IMG/VR virus record: IMGVR_UViG_3300025875_000017
Coordinates: 1-63,829 of that record
Strand: one strand, 5' to 3'
DNA from: a virus
Taxonomy: Duplodnaviria; Caudoviricetes
DNA: 63,829 nucleotides
The position numbers were made by a program, and so were the translations under genes. The notes under the pieces were generated by a model, which was not told the origin of the DNA, did not search any database, and was given only the letters and a program-made list of their open reading frames with translations. Shown here piece after piece: positions 1-6,471 of this stretch (position 1 is the first letter of the stretch; each line of letters starts with the position of its first letter).

Positions 1-127
1 CGGCATGGGACGCGACCCAAAGACTGAGGCCGAACTGCGGGAACGAGTCGCGCAGGTATTGGCTGACGTGCAGGGGAAGTATGAGTTGGTTGCAAGTGAG
101 TTGCTTTATTTGGGTGGTGGTATTGCA
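1..127. repeat. 127-nt terminal overlap identical to 63703-63829 (circular assembly overlap)
   Basis: cggcatgggacgcgacccaaag...ggtattgca occurs at both ends; 127 matches a common assembler k-mer. Confidence 0.95.
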
Positions 128-201
128 ATGGTCGAACATGAGCAAGTAGATCTTGCGGCGGCTGCATTTACTGATGCCGCTCAACGCATTCGAGCCGTGA
201 A

Positions 202-387
202 GTGAGGCCCGTGGAGATAGGCCAGTGCCTGTCGTGCGGTGGGCGCGGACACTACGGGGACCCGCAGCCATGCGTGCGCTGCGGTGGCACTGGCGAGGAC
301 CCGGCACGGCACACACGGTGGTACCTGGACATTTGCGCGCCCGTGCAGATCGCGGCGCAAGTTGACGAATGGATGGGGGCAGTGTGA
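202..387 (+). CDS. small Zn-finger protein (DnaJ-like CxxCxGxG motifs)
   Basis: CLSCGGRG...CVRCGGTG; GTGA overlap with upstream stop. Confidence 0.6.
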   Translation: MRPVEIGQCLSCGGRGHYGDPQPCVRCGGTGEDPARHTRWYLDICAPVQIAAQVDEWMGAV

Positions 388-542
388 GCACCAGCCCGTG
401 TGGGTCGCAGGCGCATGACTGGGGACGTTGGCGGCAGTGGCGCGAGCAGTCCGAGGGAACGCGTTGGTTCTTAACGGAGCCAATGGTCCGCGATTGTGAG
501 CGCTGTGGATTGACGCAGCGACATCATTGGTGGCGCCGATGA
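384..542 (+). CDS. small hypothetical protein (52 aa)
   Basis: Read manually: MSTSPCGSQAHDWGRW...CERCG; 4-nt overlaps with both neighbours. Confidence 0.55.
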   Translation: MSTSPCGSQAHDWGRWRQWREQSEGTRWFLTEPMVRDCERCGLTQRHHWWRR

Positions 543-949
543 CCGAACCAGCGTGCGCAACGTCTGGCCTGTCCCCCACCCTGTGGGACCACTACGAGGC
601 CGATGCGCCAGTCTCCTACCCTGACCGTAAGGCCCGCGTGGCAGCCGCTAAGGCCGTGTGCTCCACCTGCCCCGTGCGGCAGCAGTGCCTAGCCCAAGGA
701 CTCACCGACGCCGAGTGGGGCGTGTGGGGCGGCGAATACCTTGCCGCTGGCCGGAAAGTCAACATCGCGGGATCATATGATCCGTGGCGGCGACCACAAA
801 ACGCTGTCGGGCCCAAGCCGTTCCCTCACGGCACCACACACGGATTCGACCGGGAAAGCCGCGAAGGGATGGAACACTGCGATGCTTGCAGGGCAGCCAA
901 GACAGCGCGCAACGAGCTACGGAGAGGGCAGCCGCGTGGCAGGGTCTAA
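539..949 (+). CDS. whiB: WhiB-family transcription factor with C-terminal HGT/CxxC repeat
   Basis: C...AKAVCSTCPVRQQC...WGVWGG; tail PHGTTHGF...CDACRAAK. Confidence 0.9.
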   Translation: MTEPACATSGLSPTLWDHYEADAPVSYPDRKARVAAAKAVCSTCPVRQQCLAQGLTDAEWGVWGGEYLAAGRKVNIAGSYDPWRRPQNAVGPKPFPHGTTHGFDRESREGMEHCDACRAAKTARNELRRGQPRGRV

Positions 950-1103
950 GTTGTGGCGGCTTGGGGCTAACCCGATTTACGTCTATGAAGGTGACCGGCC
1001 CGTTGCCACGTTCCACCGCGAAGAAGACGCCATGGTTTGCGTCGCCGCGCGGAACGCTGTCGTTGACCGGATCGTGACGGACAACGGGGAGGAGCGGGCG
1101 TGA
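936..1103 (+). CDS. hypothetical protein
   Basis: GTG at 936 after GGAGAGG; operon packing. Confidence 0.55.
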   Translation: MAGSKLWRLGANPIYVYEGDRPVATFHREEDAMVCVAARNAVVDRIVTDNGEERA

Positions 1104-1273
1104 TAACCGACAGCCGGTGGACATGGCTATTCCTCGCACTCAACCGCCGGCCCTACCGTTGGATCATACCCACCGCCTTCTACTACTGGTTGCTTGACCA
1201 CCTCACCGACAACAACGGGTGGCGGCCACTCACCATGCGACACCCGGAATGGTTTGGAGGTAAGCGGTCGTGA
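1100..1273 (+). CDS. Trp-rich small hypothetical protein (57 aa)
   Basis: Read manually: MITDSRWTWLFLAL...; GGAGGAG RBS; GTGA overlaps on both sides. Confidence 0.55.
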   Translation: MITDSRWTWLFLALNRRPYRWIIPTAFYYWLLDHLTDNNGWRPLTMRHPEWFGGKRS

Positions 1274-1905
1274 CTGATCCGCTGGTTCGTTGCCGCCGCG
1301 GTCATCGTTGTCGCGCGTCGGTCCGTGAGGGTGACACTATGGTTGGTGCGCCCACCATGCGACCCCTGTGTGACGCCTGCGAGGCCGCCGTGGACACCGC
1401 ACTACACGACACCCCAGGGCTGTACGTGGCTCTTCGTAATGCGACGCTCACCAAGCCCGTAGTCGCCCCGAACGAGCGTGTAGGGGGCAGCATCGAGCGG
1501 CCCTTACCACTCAACAGTCGGGCGCTTGACCTCGGCGAGCAACTGTGGTGGGTGCTGTGCGTTGGTGAAGACGACGTGCGCAGGCTCGCAACCAACTACA
1601 CCGAAGCGCAACGCTGGGGGAAGCGGGAAGGCCGGCAAGTACAGGACGCCGCCGAGTTCCTTGCCGCGCATCTCACTGCGTGGTGCACGAACCGGCCCGA
1701 CGACGCTGGAGGGCTCATTGACTTGTGCGGCAGCGTACGGCGGTTCCTCGACGGGCGGGTCACCAGCAGGTCCGCAATCACCTGCCCCGCGTGCAAGGGG
1801 AGCGTGTACCTCAGCAAAAATGGGGGACACTGCGCGGCCTGCGGAAAGACGTGGACCGGGATCGAGTTTATTCGGATGGCGGCAGCAAAGGTGGAGGTGT
1901 CGTGA
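1270..1905 (+). CDS. actinophage Cys-rich (Zn-ribbon) hypothetical protein
   Basis: LCDAC, CPACKG, CAACGKTW; GGAGG RBS. Confidence 0.7.
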   Translation: MTDPLVRCRRGHRCRASVREGDTMVGAPTMRPLCDACEAAVDTALHDTPGLYVALRNATLTKPVVAPNERVGGSIERPLPLNSRALDLGEQLWWVLCVGEDDVRRLATNYTEAQRWGKREGRQVQDAAEFLAAHLTAWCTNRPDDAGGLIDLCGSVRRFLDGRVTSRSAITCPACKGSVYLSKNGGHCAACGKTWTGIEFIRMAAAKVEVS

Positions 1906-2162
1906 TTGGGATAGCCTATTGCGGTTTACTACTGCTTTGCTTACTGCTAGGTTCAATTCCATTTCTTATCGATCGCGTCAACAACAAGCTTATTCTCACG
2001 CAACGTGTGCGCGCCGAAATCGAACGCGAAACACTCGGCGCGCTTAATAGCGATGATCGCGCTTGGCTCCGCGACATGGGGTGGGCGGACCCGCAGATTA
2101 CCAAGCCCACGGCTGCCAACGCCCGGTATTTGAACGATCTTAGAGCGCGAAACGATCATTGA
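1902..2162 (+). CDS. single-pass membrane protein
   Basis: GTG at 1902 after GGAGG; N-terminal hydrophobic helix. Confidence 0.6.
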   Translation: MIGIAYCGLLLLCLLLGSIPFLIDRVNNKLILTQRVRAEIERETLGALNSDDRAWLRDMGWADPQITKPTAANARYLNDLRARNDH

Positions 2163-2237
2163 CTTTGCTATCGCCGCCGCCGGCCTGGTCGGGTTCGCTG
2201 CGGCGGCCGAAACTATCGCATGGATACTGCGGCGCTG

Positions 2238-2266
2238 TTGACGCGGCAGGCAACGACTGGCATACT
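2238..2266 (+). promoter_or_regulatory. SigA-type promoter TTGACG-17-CATACT
   Basis: Consensus hexamers with 17-nt spacer, upstream of AGGAGGT RBS and ORF 2303. Confidence 0.65.
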
Positions 2267-2302
2267 GAACGGACCGGCAGCACCCCGGACTAGGAGGTAA
2301 GC

Positions 2303-2500
2303 ATGATTAACCGATCAGTTGATGATTTTCGATTTACGGCAAGTTTCCTGGAAGAAAATCTAGAACTGGTTGCCGTTGCTGTTGCTGAATCACGCAATAA
2401 AGAACCTCGTTATCCAAATGATCGAGATAGCCGTGAAGTAATGCGTGACTTGATTGCCGCTCTGCGCGTTACTGCTAATGCAATGGAAGCGCAATCATGA
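2303..2500 (+). CDS. hypothetical protein
   Basis: Strong RBS AGGAGGT; ATG start. Confidence 0.65.
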   Translation: MINRSVDDFRFTASFLEENLELVAVAVAESRNKEPRYPNDRDSREVMRDLIAALRVTANAMEAQS

Positions 2501-2664
2501 AAATATGGATAACCGACCATTTGTTTCAGCCTGATCGGCAGGGTCAGTGGGTAACAAACCGCTGCGATCTTTGCGGGGAGCCAAAAGACGCCCATGCCGA
2601 CGAGTACGACTTATTGTGGATTGTGGATTTAACTGTCGGAGATGTAGGAGTGAATGAGCAATGA
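2497..2664 (+). CDS. small hypothetical protein (CxxC)
   Basis: Read manually: MKIWITDHLFQP...CDLCGEPKDAH; ATGA overlaps. Confidence 0.55.
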   Translation: MKIWITDHLFQPDRQGQWVTNRCDLCGEPKDAHADEYDLLWIVDLTVGDVGVNEQ

Positions 2665-2852
2665 GCACCCGCACCCGATCGTGGCTCATAGAGACCACCC
2701 GCGACAACTTTCAGACCGTTCACGCGGACGACCTGCGCTGCATCGGCAACAGCCTCGTCTTCGTCAAGTGGGACGACGGCGATTTCGTTGTCGATCTTGC
2801 GTTCGCCACCGGCCAGTGGCTCACCTGCACTCTTAGCGAATATCGGGAATGA
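2661..2852 (+). CDS. small beta-rich hypothetical protein
   Basis: ATGA overlap; pattern resembles the N-terminal domain of 4745..5020. Confidence 0.6.
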   Translation: MSTRTRSWLIETTRDNFQTVHADDLRCIGNSLVFVKWDDGDFVVDLAFATGQWLTCTLSEYRE

Positions 2853-2933
2853 AAGCGTGAGTCGCAAGTTTGCTGTGTTGCATCGCGCCGATAAAGACTA
2901 CACGCTTGCCCCCGCACTTGTTAAGGTAGCGGT

Positions 2934-3164
2934 ATGAGGCGAGGTCGAGCGCTTTATCCGCACCCAACGCCGATGAAGCTAGACGGCGGCGACCGCATCT
3001 TGGTTTCGCGGCAAGTGTTTGCCAAACAAACTGGCCTGCACGTCGACATGGTGCGCCGTCGAGTGCCGGCTGTTGCTTGCGACGTTAAGACGCGCGCATG
3101 GCTTATTGAGTTGGACGAAGCCGAGCAACTCTTGGCCCAAAAGATTTCTGCCGTGCGGGCTTGA
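2934..3164 (+). CDS. HTH DNA-binding protein (MerR/excisionase-like), candidate late activator
   Basis: RQVFAKQTGLHVDMVRRR helix-turn-helix pattern followed by a wing; sits directly before the promoter at 3161. Confidence 0.55.
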   Translation: MRRGRALYPHPTPMKLDGGDRILVSRQVFAKQTGLHVDMVRRRVPAVACDVKTRAWLIELDEAEQLLAQKISAVRA

Positions 3165-3191
3165 CAACTCCCGGCCGGGTTTTGCTACGAT
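3161..3191 (+). promoter_or_regulatory. promoter TTGACA-19-TACGAT with palindrome CCCGGCCGGG in the spacer
   Basis: Perfect -35, TG-extended -10, 19-nt spacer, 10-bp perfect palindrome at 3170-3179. Confidence 0.65.
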
Positions 3192-3296
3192 CATAGCGCA
3201 GGCGGATCAACTATGCAGTTTTGCTAGTTAACGCGTGCAACCCCGGCACCAGTTGGCGCTGGCCCGGGGCGTGGTCAACCTGGATGAGAGGCCGAC

Positions 3297-3860
3297 ATGA
3301 AGTATGGTAGCAGAGGTCAAGCGTTCGCGGCATCCATCCCTACGGGACCAAAGCCGGCGAGCAGCAAAGATTACGGCGAACAGATTACGGGTTTGCCGCC
3401 CGACGACCCGGCGCGTCCTTACGTGCTTCGGGTGATAACCACTATGAAGTTGTTGTGGCGAATCGACGTTCGCAGTAACCCCGAACTGATGGATACGGCT
3501 ATCCGTCAAGGTCGTGCAGCTTATGCGACCGAGCAAGCTAAAGTACCTGCGGAACCTCCTAAGCAGAAAACGCCCGACGTTCTCAAGGGCCCAGGTTTCG
3601 TGGTTTATTACCTGCGCGTTGGTAAATACGTTAAAATTGGCGTCAGCTCCAAACTGAAAAACAGGCTTACTGGCTACCCCCCAGACGCAAAACTCTTGGC
3701 TACCGAGCCCGGTGGTTGGGACTTAGAAAAACAACGTCACCAACAGTTTCGCGAAGACCTTGCCGCTCGCTTTGAGTGGTACCAACCATCTGCTAAGCTG
3801 CTCGCACACATAAATAGTCTTCGCCAGACGCCGCTAACTATGGACGATCTGGTGCAATAA
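3297..3860 (+). CDS. GIY-YIG-superfamily (T5orf172-like) nuclease
   Basis: VVYYLRVGKYVKIGVS...RL...E..LE..RHQQF...EWY. Confidence 0.8.
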   Translation: MKYGSRGQAFAASIPTGPKPASSKDYGEQITGLPPDDPARPYVLRVITTMKLLWRIDVRSNPELMDTAIRQGRAAYATEQAKVPAEPPKQKTPDVLKGPGFVVYYLRVGKYVKIGVSSKLKNRLTGYPPDAKLLATEPGGWDLEKQRHQQFREDLAARFEWYQPSAKLLAHINSLRQTPLTMDDLVQ

Positions 3861-3861
3861 C

Positions 3862-4403
3862 CTCCCCGCCGCCTTCCTCCGTGGCGCGGGGTGGACGCCG
3901 CTCAGCAGGGTGCAAGCTGCGGGCGGCTCCCCGACTGTTGTAGCTCGCCACGCTACCGGTTGACGCACCAGTCGGGTCGACTTCCCAACGGATCCAGGGG
4001 ATCTGGCGGGATGTAAGACCGATCAACGCTGCAACGTGATCGGACAACTGCATAGCGAAACCTATTCGGACACCGGTACACGGCCTTGTCCACTCCGTGG
4101 AGGTCGTCTAGGTTTGCAGCTCGGATGCGTAGATTCCGCCGGACGACGGGGACCACTGAGAGCTGGCGGTTAGATTCGCGGCCAGCACCACAAACGGCCC
4201 GGAGGCAGCTTAGGGTTAGCGTCCTAGGTGTTCCCTGCAAACAGGGGCATAGCTCAGATGCGAGCACCGGCGGGCGGGAAGCTAACTTAAGTTCCCCGTT
4301 TACTTCCGCGAAAGCGGTATACCGCTGGCGACCTAGGCGGGCCACGTGAAGTGGTAGAGGGGTCAAGCGCGCAGGCGGGCAGCGTTCATACTTGGCCGCA
4401 CCA
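3862..4403 (+). ncRNA. candidate large structured non-coding RNA upstream of the tRNAs
   Basis: No credible ORF; about ten stems, some nested, e.g. CCCGACTG/CAGTCGGG, CCGATCA/TGATCGG, GTCGTCT/GGACGAC, CCGC-GAAA-GCGG. Confidence 0.5.
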
Positions 4404-4404
4404 C

Positions 4405-4486
4405 GGAGACGTGATGGAATCGGCATACATGGCAGCCTCAAAAGCTGCTGCCGAAAGGCATGCGGGTTCGACCCCCGCCGTCTCTA
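4405..4486 (+). tRNA. tRNA-Leu (anticodon CAA)
   Basis: Acceptor GGAGACG/CGTCTCT; anticodon arm GCAGC-CTCAAAA-GCTGC; long variable arm TGCC-GAAA-GGCA; T arm GCGGG-TTCGACC-CCCGC. Confidence 0.93.
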
Positions 4487-4512
4487 CGCACGGTCGAAAC
4501 ACAAGGACTAAC

Positions 4513-4584
4513 ATGGGGATCGCCTTAGCCGTTGTCCTCGCCGTCACGCTCCTAGCGTTGCTCGTGCTCATCGACTCACGGTAA
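4513..4584 (+). CDS. 23-aa single-TM micropeptide between the two tRNAs
   Basis: AAGGA RBS; MGIALAVVLAVTLLALLVLIDSR. Confidence 0.45.
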   Translation: MGIALAVVLAVTLLALLVLIDSR

Positions 4585-4640
4585 ACAGCAGTTCCGCAAA
4601 AGCGGTGACCGCCCGGCTTTTGCGCGTCTAGCAAAAACTT

Positions 4641-4711
4641 TCCCGGTTCGTCTAGCGGCAGGACGACGCTCTTTGGAAGCGTTCACGGACGTTCGATCCG
4701 TCCACCGGGAG
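4641..4711 (+). tRNA. tRNA-Gln (anticodon UUG)
   Basis: Acceptor TCCCGGT/ACCGGGA; anticodon arm ACGCT-CTTTGGA-AGCGT; T arm GGACG-TTCGATC-CGTCC. Confidence 0.93.
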
Positions 4712-4744
4712 CCGTAAGCAGAACCACCACCACAAAGGATCATC

Positions 4745-5020
4745 ATGACCACCTGGGTTGCTACGTTCGCTTACGACGAGCCGAAGAAGATTACCGCCGA
4801 GTATTGGCAGGTTGATCCCGACGTGTCGTGGGTGTTTTTCAAGACTTCCGACCATAAGGTCGTCTACGGTTGCCGCTCCGATCGGATCGTTAGCGTTGAG
4901 CGTGCTGAGCCGTCTCCTGGCATCGTGAACAACGGAACGATTACCACCACCAACATTGACGAGCTAGCCGAAAACCAGCGTAAGGCAACTAGGCGCGCAC
5001 TCGGCCTTGCTGGCATTTAA
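4745..5020 (+). CDS. small protein ending in a copy of the tape measure protein C-terminus
   Basis: AAAGGA RBS; last 33 aa are 22/33 identical to the last 33 aa of 22201..27264. Confidence 0.8.
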   Translation: MTTWVATFAYDEPKKITAEYWQVDPDVSWVFFKTSDHKVVYGCRSDRIVSVERAEPSPGIVNNGTITTTNIDELAENQRKATRRALGLAGI

Positions 5021-5066
5021 CCTTTAATCGTCCGCACCAGCGTTAAAGGATAACCTAGGGGGCCAC

Positions 5067-5222
5067 GTGAGCCGCGCTATTGACGACGTCATCGATTTTG
5101 TCCGCAATAAGTGGTATTCGTTCGGCAGCGAGACGCAACGGCAGGTCGTTATCAACCGGCTTGATGTACCGCCGACTCGTGAAGAGTTGGCTCGTGCTCA
5201 CGAACAGTTGTACGGCAAGTGA
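5067..5222 (+). CDS. small hypothetical protein (51 aa)
   Basis: Read manually: MSRAIDDVIDFVRNKW...; AGGGGG RBS. Confidence 0.55.
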   Translation: MSRAIDDVIDFVRNKWYSFGSETQRQVVINRLDVPPTREELARAHEQLYGK

Positions 5223-5355
5223 CCGGCACCGCAAAGCTTCTCGCCGACCTTGACTGTGAGGCCACTGAGCAGGCTGAGCGTGTGCCGAAGTACATGCGTG
5301 AGCCGAAGCGCCGGCCGCAGCGCAAGTGCCCCACCGCGCTGAGGTTCAGCAGCCG

Positions 5356-5691
5356 ATGAGCGAGTACCGTCCGCGCATTCTGGTCGACTTCGACGGCGTG
5401 ATCCACGCTTACTCGCGCGGCTGGGATGACGGCACCGCTTACGATGGTCCGATGTCTGGTGCTTTTTTTGCGCTGGCCGAGCTGGACAATGCCGGTTACG
5501 AAGTCGTCGTGTTCTCTACTCGCGATGCGCAACAGATCGTTGACTGGCTCGATTACCACGGCTTTCCGCCTTACCGCGTGACGAACGTTAAGGAGCCCGC
5601 TGTGGCGCAGATCGACGACCGAGCAATCCGTTTTGAGTCATGGGCTCAGGCGTCCAACGATGTGCAGTCGCTTTATCCGGTCAAGCGATGA
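5356..5691 (+). CDS. HAD-superfamily phosphatase (PNK 3'-phosphatase-like)
   Basis: ILVDFDGV, VVVFSTR, K, IDDRA motifs. Confidence 0.8.
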   Translation: MSEYRPRILVDFDGVIHAYSRGWDDGTAYDGPMSGAFFALAELDNAGYEVVVFSTRDAQQIVDWLDYHGFPPYRVTNVKEPAVAQIDDRAIRFESWAQASNDVQSLYPVKR

Positions 5692-5906
5692 GCGAGGCCG
5701 ATACCGCGAGCCTACTGCTGACCCGTATTGTGATTGAGCGTCACCTCGGCGATGATGGTGACAGCATCACCGCCAGCTTTGAGGACTCGCAGGGTGACAT
5801 GCCGGGGCTTGTGGAGATCCTGGGCATGCTTGAGTTGACGAAGGACACCGCCGTTCAGGCCGCGATGGGGCTCATGGACGACGATGATGACGAGGACGAC
5901 GAGTAG
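5688..5906 (+). CDS. acidic hypothetical protein
   Basis: ATGA overlap; LGMLELTKD; poly-Asp tail. Confidence 0.6.
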   Translation: MSEADTASLLLTRIVIERHLGDDGDSITASFEDSQGDMPGLVEILGMLELTKDTAVQAAMGLMDDDDDEDDE

Positions 5907-6056
5907 CGTGGCTAAAAATACTGGCCGCGGTAGTCGAGTTGCTTTAACAGAGCCCATGGCTGGCCGGTTTGTTGAAGCTAAAATGCGCGGTGGATTGTTT
6001 GGTAGACAAACAGGCCGGGTTTCTTGTTTGCTACTCCGCTTTATTCGGAGGTAATC

Positions 6057-6245
6057 GTGAAGCTCGCCACCCGCGAGGATGTGCTGCGGGAGATCGACCG
6101 AGACCTGCGTAACGCCTCGCACCGCCTACGGGTCGCGTGCGCCGCTTACCGGCTCAGTCGGGATCCTGGCAGCTTTGACGCCATTGACCGTGCGCAGTCC
6201 AGTATTGACGCGCTACTCGACCACCGGCACAAGATTACGCACTAG
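6057..6245 (+). CDS. hypothetical protein
   Basis: GGAGGT RBS; GTG at 6057. Confidence 0.6.
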   Translation: MKLATREDVLREIDRDLRNASHRLRVACAAYRLSRDPGSFDAIDRAQSSIDALLDHRHKITH

Positions 6246-6253
6246 GGGGCGCA

Positions 6254-6451
6254 GTGAGTCGTTTTTGGATGACGCTCAGCTTGCTGTGGATCGTGCCGGT
6301 TTACCTAGACCATGGTGTATGGCACGTGGTGTCGGTTGTCATGCTTGGTATTGCTTTGGTCAACTTGCTGATTACTTGTCGGCGTGAAGATGCAAGGAAA
6401 GCTGAGTCGGTAATCAATAACTCAATCTTTTACAGCGACCGCGTTAACTAA
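6254..6451 (+). CDS. small two-TM membrane protein
   Basis: Two hydrophobic segments. Confidence 0.55.
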   Translation: MSRFWMTLSLLWIVPVYLDHGVWHVVSVVMLGIALVNLLITCRREDARKAESVINNSIFYSDRVN

Positions 6452-6471
6452 TACCTGATTAAGGTGGCGTA

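Noticed and set aside
4141-4403. Additional tRNAs or tmRNA (GGGGCATAGCTCAG at ~4244; ...GCACCA ends at 4190 and 4403)
   Set aside because: I could not build a full cloverleaf, canonical T-loop or tag reading frame. Kept only as part of the candidate ncRNA.
4919-5020. DGR template/variable repeat pair with the TMP 3' end
   Set aside because: Differences are mostly synonymous and not adenine-specific, and no reverse transcriptase is encoded.
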